This document shows positions 1 through 8,748 of a DNA stretch of 64,000 nucleotides, piece after piece. Made by a program: the position numbers and the translations under genes. Each line of letters begins with the position of its first letter. The first letter of the stretch is position 1. The notes under the pieces are model-generated. The model was not told where the DNA came from and did no database searches. It was given only the letters and a program-made list of their open reading frames with translations. The stretch is from Verrucomicrobiota bacterium (lineage in GTDB: Bacteria; Verrucomicrobiota; Verrucomicrobiia; Limisphaerales; AAA164-E04), in contig CP170459.1 of assembly GCA_047947115.1 (NCBI GenBank), positions 4,608,001 to 4,672,000 on the forward strand, given 5' to 3'.

Positions 1-333
1 GTGGCTCAGCAGATCCTCCCGAACCCCTCTCAGGTTTTGAGCGGCGGAAAGGCATCGAATCAGGCAACACAAATGAACGAAATCGAGATCTTCACCCGTT
101 CCGTGAGAGGTAACGAAAGGCAGCCAATCACTCTCATCACACTCCACCCCCAAACTCAGCAAACCATCCAATCCAAACACAGTGTAGTATAAATCCGGCG
201 ATCCGGAACGATCCTGGAATCCCCCTCCCTTGGCACGCGCATGCTTTAAAAACTGCGCGACCAAATCTGCCGATTCCCCCAACGCTTTGGGAGCCAGCCT
301 TGCCACTTGAATCATTTCCAATCGAATACTCAT
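1..333 (-). CDS. Prenyltransferase/squalene oxidase repeat protein, N-terminal part (runs off the window start; not in the ORF track)
   Basis: Manual translation from ATG at 333 is open to position 1: MSIRLEMIQVARLAPKALGESADLVAQFLKHARAKGGGFQDRSGSPDLYYTVFGLDGLLSLG...DLDFVHLCCLIRCL. GGF-x-DR-x-G-x2-DLYYT-x-FG matches prenyltransferase-beta/terpene-cyclase-like repeats. Confidence 0.8.
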   Translation of the reverse strand, partial: MSIRLEMIQVARLAPKALGESADLVAQFLKHARAKGGGFQDRSGSPDLYYTVFGLDGLLSLGVECDESDWLPFVTSHGTGEDLDFVHLCCLIRCLSAAQNLRGVREDLLSH

Positions 334-542
334 GCCATGAATCTTGGGTGACTCTTGCTCAGCAACAAGCCATCCATTGCGATATCGAAAACGAGGACCG
401 CAAACCTCGATATCCTGCATTGAAAAGGGATTCATTGAAAGCATTTCCAATTTGAAATTGCCATCAAAACCCCACCTCCGTAGCATGAACTTGTCCGGTG
501 TCCAATCATTTCAATAACCGACAAACCAGCATCAGACAGAAC

Positions 543-1358
543 ATGCATCAAAGCAAGGTGACAGACATTGACCTGGACGACCCTAGATCCAGCCGACAAT
601 ACCGACTGCTTCCGCCCCGGCATCTTGGAGTGACGATAGGGCGCAAGACGGGAGACTTTGTGGAGAATTTCATCGCCAAACGTGGAGCAGTGGAAGACCT
701 GGCTGTTTTTGAAAACGCCACATTTCCATGGGCGAAAAAAGTGGAACAGGAATGGAAAATCATCCGTAAGGAACTGGATACCATCCTGGCGTTCAGAGAC
801 CAGATCCCCAGTTTTCATGAGATCCTGAAGGAGGCCAAAACCATCACACAGGACAATGATTGGAAAACGTTTTTCCTGGTCGCCCCGGGCATGAAATGCG
901 ACGCCAACCAAGCCAAATGCCCGGAGACCACACGCATCCTTCAACATATCCCGGGATTGCACACCGCCTTCTTCTCCATCCTATCGCCGCACAAGCATAT
1001 TCCAGCTCATCGTGGCCCTTTTTGCGGGGTCTTGCGATATCATCTAGGACTTCTGGTCCCCGAACCAAGGGAACAATGCCGCATACGCATCGGCACCCAG
1101 ATTCGGCATTGGGAAGAAGGTCAAAGCCTCATTTTTGACGACACATACAATCATGAAGTCTGGAACAACACCGACGGTTACCGGGTGGTCTTGTTTGTGG
1201 ATTTTGCCCGCCCGATGAAATCCCCCTACCAGACCTTGCTTGGATGGCTCCTCAAAGCAGCCGCCAACACGCCCTTACTCAAGGAAGCAGGCTACAAGCA
1301 GAAAAAATGGGAAAGCAAATTCTACGGCAAAAACGACCAAACCGAAATGATACAGTGA
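543..1358 (+). CDS. Aspartyl/asparaginyl beta-hydroxylase family Fe(II)/2-oxoglutarate dioxygenase (LpxO/AspH-like)
   Basis: Motifs AFFSILSPHKHIPAHRGP, LRYHLGLLVP and WEEGQSLIFDDTYNHEVWN...RVVLFVDF. ORF track starts at GTG 498; ATG 543 is preferred but uncertain. Confidence 0.85.
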   Translation: MHQSKVTDIDLDDPRSSRQYRLLPPRHLGVTIGRKTGDFVENFIAKRGAVEDLAVFENATFPWAKKVEQEWKIIRKELDTILAFRDQIPSFHEILKEAKTITQDNDWKTFFLVAPGMKCDANQAKCPETTRILQHIPGLHTAFFSILSPHKHIPAHRGPFCGVLRYHLGLLVPEPREQCRIRIGTQIRHWEEGQSLIFDDTYNHEVWNNTDGYRVVLFVDFARPMKSPYQTLLGWLLKAAANTPLLKEAGYKQKKWESKFYGKNDQTEMIQ

Positions 1359-1380
1359 AACGCACACTCCACCCTACCGC

Positions 1381-2574
1381 TCACCTTCTCAGGGACCCGG
1401 CTTTGTCCCATTTTGCCGTCAGCCTTTCCAACCATCCCCCAACAATGTGATCAGGGATTGTGTCGGCTTTCTGATATTCCGAAATGGTTTTGCCCCAGTA
1501 GAACGAAATCCACCCATCCACGAAAACGTCCGCTTCTGTCATGAACTGATCCATTTCCTCGAAGCTGCACTTTAGCGGAAAACACTCTTCAACCACCAGG
1601 GGCTTACCCAACTCATAAACCTTTAAAGCTTTCATAGCTTTTTCAACACCCTCCTTTTCCGGGTAAAAATGGACGCTTACGAAATCCAGATGCTCGAACG
1701 TTTTCTTACGATAAAACAAAGGTTTGGCACTGGGAAAGACATGTGCCCAGGGAATGACCCCCACGGTTATGAGCGCATCGGAATCGTGACGGCGGATGGC
1801 ACGACACATTTTATCAACCCACTGATCCACCACTTCCTCCCGACTGCGCACCATCAGATCTAGTGTGAGACGTTGAACAAAATACTTCCCCCCCAACTCC
1901 CCGGCCAACCAGTCGGTTTCCACCTTGCCTTTACCGGAAAGAATGGGTTCGTTCATCAAGTCATAACAGAAAACCGCAGTGCTTCCGGCACAAGCCGAGG
2001 AAACCGATTCCCAAAAAATTGCCTGAGCATCCCACCGATCTGACTCACCCAATGCGTCATACCAGCCCGGGATGTCTTCCTTGTGGTGACACCCCAACCC
2101 CGTCAAATCCAGATACAAGCCGGTCACCTCCGCCAAATCCAAAAGCTTTTTCAGACGTTTCAATGGTTCGGGGCTGGATTTCCGGGGACCCTTCATAAAC
2201 TTGCCAAATTGAAGATGGATACGAACCACATTCGCCCCAAGATCGGCCATCTCTTTAAAATCCTCAACCACGGTTTCCCATTCCGCCTCCCAATAATCTT
2301 CCAGCAAATGTCCATTCCGATCATGATCGTAATTGAAACCACGTATGGAAAAGGTTTCGACAGAACCTGATTTCACAAAACCATTCCCTGCCGGATTGAT
2401 TTCAATACGAGGCAATGTCCCCCCCTGCAATAGCTGGTCATGACACAGCAAATATCCCAGACACACACTCAGCCAGGGAAACGCTCCTGCTTGCAAGGCG
2501 GACGCCACGGCATCCGTGATCAAGGCGCCGGAACGACGCATCCAAAGATTCGGCAAGTGGAATTTGTGAATCAT
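1381..2574 (-). CDS. Glycoside hydrolase family 5-like (cellulase family) protein
   Basis: GANVVRIHL, YDLMNEP (acid/base Glu), VSVHFYP and KPLVVEE (nucleophile region). True start uncertain. Confidence 0.75.
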   Translation of the reverse strand: MIHKFHLPNLWMRRSGALITDAVASALQAGAFPWLSVCLGYLLCHDQLLQGGTLPRIEINPAGNGFVKSGSVETFSIRGFNYDHDRNGHLLEDYWEAEWETVVEDFKEMADLGANVVRIHLQFGKFMKGPRKSSPEPLKRLKKLLDLAEVTGLYLDLTGLGCHHKEDIPGWYDALGESDRWDAQAIFWESVSSACAGSTAVFCYDLMNEPILSGKGKVETDWLAGELGGKYFVQRLTLDLMVRSREEVVDQWVDKMCRAIRRHDSDALITVGVIPWAHVFPSAKPLFYRKKTFEHLDFVSVHFYPEKEGVEKAMKALKVYELGKPLVVEECFPLKCSFEEMDQFMTEADVFVDGWISFYWGKTISEYQKADTIPDHIVGGWLERLTAKWDKAGSLRR

Positions 2575-2591
2575 TCCGGCATCTTAGACAT

Positions 2592-4037
2592 TTGACTTTG
2601 GCTTGTCATGTCCTCATTACCACGTCCATACTCGACCGCATCACCATGAAGGAAAAGAAAGACTCATTATTTCGCACAAAGCCCATGATATCAGCAAACC
2701 TCACAAGAGTTTTCAACGCAAGTCAATGGATACTGGCTACCTTGCTTTGCATGGGAACGTTGCATGCCCGCAAACCCAATGTCATTCTGATTTATACGGA
2801 CGATCAGGGAAGTGTCGATCTGAATTGTTACGGAGCCAAGGACCTTTACACACCCCATTTGGATCAATTGGCTAGGAAGGGCGTTAAATTCTCACAGTTT
2901 TACTCGGCTGCACCCGTTTGCTCGCCCTCGCGCGCGGCGGTTCTGACCGGCAGGTTCCCACAACATGCCGGCGTTCCCGGAAATGTGAGTTCGGAAAAGG
3001 GTCATTCCGGCATGCCATCCAGCCAGACCACCATCGCTGAAATGATGAAAGCAGCCGGTTACGCCACCGGTCACATCGGCAAATGGCACCTCGGTTACAC
3101 CCCCGAAACCATGCCCAACGGACAGGGCTTTGATTCATCTTTCGGTCACATGGGTGGCTGCATCGACAACTGGTCCCACTTTTTCTACTGGCAAGGCCCA
3201 AACCGACATGATCTTTGGCGTAATGGAACCGAAATATGGGAGGACGGACAATTTTTTCCCGCTCTGATGGTAAAAGAAACAGAAACTTTTATCACCCGAC
3301 ACAAGGACGAACCCTTCTTTCTTTATTGGGCCATCAACGTACCTCATTACCCGCTCCAAGGCACCGATGGCTGGAGGAAATTCTACGACCACCTCCCTGC
3401 ACCACGCAAGATGTATGCAGCGTTCGTGTCCACCATGGATGAAAAGATCGGAAACGTGCTGTCTATCATAGAACAACAAGGACTCGCAGAGGATACCATC
3501 GTCATTTTTCAATCAGATCATGGACATTCCACCGAAGTCAGGACCTTCGGCGGCGGAGGCGACGCAGGACCTTATCGCGGGGCAAAATTCAGTTTGTTCG
3601 AAGGAGGCATTCGGGTGCCGGCGATCATCAGTTGGCCCGGGCACTTGCAAGAAAATGCCACGAGAGATCAACTGGTGACATCGATCGACTGGTTCCCGAC
3701 CATCGCAGACCTCTGCGGCATTGAATTGCCGGTAACCCCTGTGGACGGAGTCAGCCTGCGGCCCGTGCTGGAATCGGCCGATGCTCCAGGATCGCATGAA
3801 ACATTCCACTGGCAAACAGGCAATGCCAATAGCCCTCAATGGGCCGTGCGCCAGGGACCATGGAAACTGCTCGGCAATCCGAATGATACCAGCAACAAGG
3901 CTCCCATCGACGGCAACCTGTTCCTGAGCAACCTTGAAAAAGACGTGACCGAAATGACCAACTACGCCTCCCAGTATCCGGAAGTGGTGTGGAAGCTGCG
4001 CAAGCTCCATGGCACATGGGCGGAGCGTTGGAAATAA
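2592..4037 (+). CDS. Formylglycine-dependent (S1) sulfatase, probably exported
   Basis: KPNVILIYTDDQG, CSPSRAAVLTG signature, GHIGKWHLG, SDHG, EGGIRVP. Start is more likely ATG 2646 or 2685. Confidence 0.92.
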   Translation: MTLACHVLITTSILDRITMKEKKDSLFRTKPMISANLTRVFNASQWILATLLCMGTLHARKPNVILIYTDDQGSVDLNCYGAKDLYTPHLDQLARKGVKFSQFYSAAPVCSPSRAAVLTGRFPQHAGVPGNVSSEKGHSGMPSSQTTIAEMMKAAGYATGHIGKWHLGYTPETMPNGQGFDSSFGHMGGCIDNWSHFFYWQGPNRHDLWRNGTEIWEDGQFFPALMVKETETFITRHKDEPFFLYWAINVPHYPLQGTDGWRKFYDHLPAPRKMYAAFVSTMDEKIGNVLSIIEQQGLAEDTIVIFQSDHGHSTEVRTFGGGGDAGPYRGAKFSLFEGGIRVPAIISWPGHLQENATRDQLVTSIDWFPTIADLCGIELPVTPVDGVSLRPVLESADAPGSHETFHWQTGNANSPQWAVRQGPWKLLGNPNDTSNKAPIDGNLFLSNLEKDVTEMTNYASQYPEVVWKLRKLHGTWAERWK

Positions 4038-4038
4038 A

Positions 4039-5358
4039 TCACTGAGAGGACTGGACGGATTTGGCAGGGTGCCAGACAACCGCCCAAACAAGCACCAATA
4101 TCCCGATGCCGCACCCGATCGTGAGCGCGATCGGTGCGTTCATCCATTTGGCAATGGCACCGGATAAATAGTTACCAAAGGGACTCAACCCGATAAAACA
4201 AAACGAATACACTCCCATGACGCGCCCCCTCAGAAGGTCGCTGACATACCCTTGAACCAACATGTTGGAGGCGGCAAAAAAGGTAATCATACCCCACCCT
4301 GCGACAACCAGGATCGCAGCAGACAGCCAGGCATTCCTGCTCCAGGCGAAACAAACCATACAGACCAGAAACAAACCCAATCCCCAACGCGAAAAATTAC
4401 GCCGGTCAAACCGATTTCCAAAAGCTGCCAACGTGATGGATCCAGCCAGGGCACCGACACCGTTTGCGGTCAAAAGCCAGCCGAATCCATCCGCCCCAAT
4501 CTTCAGGATATCCCTCGCAAAAACCGGCATCAACGCTGTGTAGGCCATGCCGAACAAACTCATCATGGACACAAGAATGAAAACAATGCGGACATCCGGA
4601 TGCTGCCAGATCCAGTGAACCGCCTCGCCAGTGGCGGCTTTCAGGTTTCGATGTTCACCTGACGGCTTGCTCTTGGGAAGACGCATCGCCAGGTAACCCA
4701 CGATCACAGCCGCATAGGAAATGGCGTTCACCAGGAAACAAGTCGCCACACTACCTCGAATCAATACCATCCCGGCGATGGCGGGACCAATGATCCGGGC
4801 GGAATTAAATACGGAAGAGTTCAATGCGATGGCATTGGTCAAGTCCTGCTTCCCAACCATATCCACCACGAAACTCTGTCTGGTCGGAATATCAAATGCA
4901 TTGGTCATCCCCAAACCAAACGCCAAGACCCCAACCTGCCAAACCTGGATGTCTCCTTTTACTGCCATTGCATAAAGCAACAGAGACATGACCAGAGCAA
5001 AGGACTGCGTCACTACCAAGATGGTGCGCTTGTTGAATCGGTCGGCAATGACGCCCCCGTAAAAAGTGAACAATGTGACCGGAATCGTATGCAGAAACCG
5101 CATAAGCCCGAGGGCAAGAGGAGATCCCGTGTGATCATACACCAACCACCCTTCCGCAACCATCTGCATCCAGGTTCCGGTCAGGGAGATGATCTGGCCA
5201 AAAAAGAAGATCCGGTAGTTGTAATGCTTGAGCGAAGCCAGCATGGCGGAACCCGAAACCGGCACCGCAGGCGTGCGCCTGGGTTGCTCCAGCGCATCTC
5301 CAGGCACCGAGGTTATCTCCGGTGCTCGATCGTTCTGCCTGCTTCGCCCCTGGCTCAT
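4039..5358 (-). CDS. MFS transporter (EntS/MFS_3-like)
   Basis: About 12 hydrophobic segments; NYRIFFFGQIISLTGTWMQ, GGVIADRFNKR (motif A), LRGRVMG. Confidence 0.88.
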   Translation of the reverse strand: MSQGRSRQNDRAPEITSVPGDALEQPRRTPAVPVSGSAMLASLKHYNYRIFFFGQIISLTGTWMQMVAEGWLVYDHTGSPLALGLMRFLHTIPVTLFTFYGGVIADRFNKRTILVVTQSFALVMSLLLYAMAVKGDIQVWQVGVLAFGLGMTNAFDIPTRQSFVVDMVGKQDLTNAIALNSSVFNSARIIGPAIAGMVLIRGSVATCFLVNAISYAAVIVGYLAMRLPKSKPSGEHRNLKAATGEAVHWIWQHPDVRIVFILVSMMSLFGMAYTALMPVFARDILKIGADGFGWLLTANGVGALAGSITLAAFGNRFDRRNFSRWGLGLFLVCMVCFAWSRNAWLSAAILVVAGWGMITFFAASNMLVQGYVSDLLRGRVMGVYSFCFIGLSPFGNYLSGAIAKWMNAPIALTIGCGIGILVLVWAVVWHPAKSVQSSQ

Positions 5359-5388
5359 GTCCGGCTACCATCCAAACCCTGATCTCTT

Positions 5389-6879
5389 TTGGCAACCCAA
5401 ATCCACTTTCTCGATCGAAACTATGTTCTTACAAGTCAACCCATGCTAGCCTTCACGGACATGAAGGACCTCATGCAGATCCCACACCCACTGGAAACGC
5501 TCATCAAAGAGCTCCCCTCCCACGCACGCCCCTATTTGGTGGGTGGTTGCGTGAGGGACGGATTGTTGGGACTGCCGGTCAAGGATTACGATCTGGAAAT
5601 CTTTGGCATCCGGTTTGATGATTTAATGGTCATTCTGAAGAAACATGGAAGAACGGACACGGTCGGCAAATCATTTGGCATCATCAAATGGACACCAGTA
5701 AAAGGTCAAACCTTTGACATCGCGCTCCCCAGAAAGGAAATTAAATCAGGAAAAGGCCATCGCGGATTCAATGTGGTGGCCGATCCAAACCTGACCACCA
5801 CCGAAGCAGCGGCTCGACGGGATTTCACCATCAATGCCATCATGTATGACCCGATCCGTCACGAGATGATGGATCCCTATGACGGCCGAAAGGACCTCGA
5901 AAACAGGATCCTGAGATGCACGTCCTCTGCTTTTGCCGAGGATCCTCTTCGAGTATTGAGAGGCATGCAATTCGCCGGACGTTTCGGACTCACCGGTCAC
6001 CCGGATACCATCAAGCTTTGTCAACGCATCAAACAGGAATTCCATGAACTCGCATCTGAACGTGTCTGGGAAGAATGGCGAAAATGGGCCTGCTTGAGCC
6101 GTTTTCCATCCATGGGATTGGCTTTTCTGGATCAAACAGGATGGATGGAACATTTCCCGGAACTACGATCAATGCAAAATGTTCCACAAGATCCTGTCTG
6201 GCATCCGGAAGGAGATGTGTGGAAACACACCTGCCATTGTTGCGATGCACTGGTGAATCTACCGTCCTGGACGAAAGCAGAAAATGAAGAGGACCGACTC
6301 GTCTGGATGCTGGCGATTCTTCTACACGATACCGGTAAAGTTTCCACGACATCGAAGGTGGAAAAAGATGGTCAAATGCGCATCGTCTCACCGGGACATG
6401 ACAGAGTGAGCGCCATCCTGGCAGATGAATTCCTGCTTCGCATGAAAGCTCCCAACATCATTCGGGAGCGAATCATCCCCTTGGTCGCACAACACATGAT
6501 CCATGTGAACACCATCACCGACCGAGCCGTCAGACGCCTTGCAAAACGCCTGGAACCGGAAACCATTCCATCCTTGTGCACGGTCATGTCCGCAGACGCC
6601 ATGGGGCGCCCCCCACTAAGCACTTCCATACCTGAACACATCCATGAAATACGGAAACGAGCCGAAGAACTGGATGTCCTATCCAATGCCCCCACCCCCT
6701 TTCTGAAGGGGCGTGATCTGATGGCAATGGGCATCGAACCAGGCAAACAAATGGGAGAATGGCTGCAGCAAGCCTACGAACTGCAACTGGAGGGAGAACT
6801 CGAAAACCGTGAAAAAGCACTGACTTGGGTTCGAGTCCAAACAAATAGGCCACCCAATACGGGTGGCCCTTGTGATTAA
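5389..6879 (+). CDS. cca: CCA-adding tRNA nucleotidyltransferase with HD domain
   Basis: YLVGGCVRD..KDYDLE, RRDFTINA, EDPLRVLR, HPEGDVWKHT...LLHDTGK. The loop RKEIKSGKGHRGF resembles CCA enzymes. Start is probably 5443 or 5461. Confidence 0.8.
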   Translation: MATQIHFLDRNYVLTSQPMLAFTDMKDLMQIPHPLETLIKELPSHARPYLVGGCVRDGLLGLPVKDYDLEIFGIRFDDLMVILKKHGRTDTVGKSFGIIKWTPVKGQTFDIALPRKEIKSGKGHRGFNVVADPNLTTTEAAARRDFTINAIMYDPIRHEMMDPYDGRKDLENRILRCTSSAFAEDPLRVLRGMQFAGRFGLTGHPDTIKLCQRIKQEFHELASERVWEEWRKWACLSRFPSMGLAFLDQTGWMEHFPELRSMQNVPQDPVWHPEGDVWKHTCHCCDALVNLPSWTKAENEEDRLVWMLAILLHDTGKVSTTSKVEKDGQMRIVSPGHDRVSAILADEFLLRMKAPNIIRERIIPLVAQHMIHVNTITDRAVRRLAKRLEPETIPSLCTVMSADAMGRPPLSTSIPEHIHEIRKRAEELDVLSNAPTPFLKGRDLMAMGIEPGKQMGEWLQQAYELQLEGELENREKALTWVRVQTNRPPNTGGPCD

Positions 6880-6901
6880 AAATTGGATCTGAAGGGATTG
6901 A

Positions 6902-8035
6902 TTAATCAGCCTTGATGGAAGTCGCGGTAAACTCAAGCTTGCCGTCAATTTCAGCCACCGTTCCTTCAGCAGTCACCTTGGCGGGAGCCTGGCAAATTTT
7001 GCTGTGGAATTTACGGCTGATTTCATTGTCATCGAGCACATAAATCGATTCTTTGCCATCAACCGAAACACGCACCGCATTCTGACATTTGCGAGATTGC
7101 TTGAGTTCGCACTTCAGGCAAACACCTTCACCGGTCAGCGTCTTTTTTTCCTGCAACTTCAGGCTGGTGGGTGTGAACACGGCCTGATCACCATCATCGG
7201 CCATGGTACCGACTGCGACGATGGCGGCGGTGGTTGAGCAGAGGTTCTTATGAAAGCCATTGCTGCATTCATTCTTGGCGAACAGGATCAACTTGTCTTT
7301 ACCGTTGATACTGGTCTTGATGACGTTCTGGCAGCTGTCTGATTTGCCCAGCTCACATTTGAGGCAGCAGCCGGTTCCCTTGATGGTCATGCTGGCGGCC
7401 ACTTTTTTCTCTTCCTTGACAGGTTCAGCCTTGGCTTCTTCTTTCGGAGCTTCCTCGATTTTGGTGGCGGTGATTTTCTTGATGCCGGCCACGTCACTCA
7501 CTTTACCGTAAACAACGGCAGGGGTGGATTTTTGGCAGACTTTTTCGTGAAAAGCCTTACTGACATCGTTGTGTTCCAGAATGTGCAGCACGCCGTTTAC
7601 CACAATACCGTTTTGACAAGCGTCAGTGAGCTTGCAGATACACTTGGTGCAAACGCCCGTTCCGACAAATTTCTGAACATCGTCCGCTTTCTTGGCGGGC
7701 TTATCAGATTCGGCTTCGTCACCGGCCAGGCTGATTTTGGAAGCAACCAGAACTTTCTTACCATCAACTTCCTTGACCTTGCCCACCGCAGTGATGGCGG
7801 CGGTACCGGAACAAAGATTCTTGTGGAAAGCCTTGCTCACGGCGTTGTGCTCCAAAAGATACAAGGTATCGCCGGATTTGAGAGCATTCTGGCAGGAATC
7901 CGTTTGCTTGAGTTCGCACTTGGCACAGCAGCCGGTGCCGCTCAGGGTGACTTCGGCTGAATCAGCCTTGATGTTAGGTTGGAAGCCTGCCACGAGGCCT
8001 AAAACACAACCGAGGGTAAGAAGTATCTTCTTCAT
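6902..8035 (-). CDS. Exported protein with four tandem Cys/His-rich repeats (DUF6370-like)
   Basis: Signal peptide MKKILLTLGCVLGLVAG, then four ~80-aa repeats with G-x-G-x-C-x-K-C-x7-CQN...N-x2-S-x2-FH-x3-C. Confidence 0.8.
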   Translation of the reverse strand: MKKILLTLGCVLGLVAGFQPNIKADSAEVTLSGTGCCAKCELKQTDSCQNALKSGDTLYLLEHNAVSKAFHKNLCSGTAAITAVGKVKEVDGKKVLVASKISLAGDEAESDKPAKKADDVQKFVGTGVCTKCICKLTDACQNGIVVNGVLHILEHNDVSKAFHEKVCQKSTPAVVYGKVSDVAGIKKITATKIEEAPKEEAKAEPVKEEKKVAASMTIKGTGCCLKCELGKSDSCQNVIKTSINGKDKLILFAKNECSNGFHKNLCSTTAAIVAVGTMADDGDQAVFTPTSLKLQEKKTLTGEGVCLKCELKQSRKCQNAVRVSVDGKESIYVLDDNEISRKFHSKICQAPAKVTAEGTVAEIDGKLEFTATSIKAD

Positions 8036-8375
8036 AATCGCTTTAATGAATTGCCGGAAATAGTCCGATGTCGCTTATTGTTACTGGGTTGAATTCACAG
8101 TCCAGATCCTGGCAGATGCCGACACGCCAAAACCCAAAAAGGAATTGACCTGACTATATCACAGCCCCCCCAAACCGCAACGAATAATTCCAGCAACCAC
8201 TTTCAGTGGAAAGCCCCTATGATTGTTCCATTGTTGTGCCCCGCATCATCCGTTGCACTGACCTTTTTTGTGTAGCTTTGAAGGTGGGTCAGCGAGAACT
8301 TTCTGGCGCAGACGCTCTTTTCGTTTGGAAACTTGCGCCTGAGCCCTGTTGATGTCATGATAGGACTCAAAATCA

Positions 8376-8702
8376 ATGATGCCTATTAAACCTGAACGTA
8401 TTGATCTGATCGGCGACCAGGTCGCCATCAAGTGGAATGACGGTTCCGAAGACTTCTTTCCCATGGAGCGACTGCGTGCCGCTTCGCCCAGCGCAGAAAA
8501 CACAGGAGAGCCCGACTTATTCGGCCGAATGCATGGTGGCACCGATCAAACGGATTTCCCCGGAGTAACGGTTCTTGGGTGGACACCTGTAGGCAGTTAC
8601 GCCATTCGCTTTGATTTCAGCGACGGACACAAGACCGGGCTTTACAGCTTTCAATACTTGAAGCGATTGTCGGAAAGACTTCAGGAATTGGAAAAAGAGT
8701 AG
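8376..8702 (+). CDS. DUF971 / GBBH-like N-terminal domain protein
   Basis: IKWNDG, LRAASPSAE, VGSYAIRFDFSDGHKTGLYSFQYL. Confidence 0.85.
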   Translation: MMPIKPERIDLIGDQVAIKWNDGSEDFFPMERLRAASPSAENTGEPDLFGRMHGGTDQTDFPGVTVLGWTPVGSYAIRFDFSDGHKTGLYSFQYLKRLSERLQELEKE

Positions 8703-8748
8703 GGCCGTCACAGGGCAGCGATCCACCACCTGTCTGCCCCAACCTCAG

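Noticed and set aside
1..192. 63-aa plus-strand ORF
   Set aside because: It is the shadow of the motif-bearing minus-strand prenyltransferase-repeat CDS.
231..245. Sigma54-like TGGCACGCGCATGCT
   Set aside because: Spacing is GG-N9-GC rather than N10, and it lies inside the minus-strand CDS <1..333.
6902..8035. Multiheme cytochrome c call for the CxxC repeat protein
   Set aside because: None of the CxxC motifs is followed by His.
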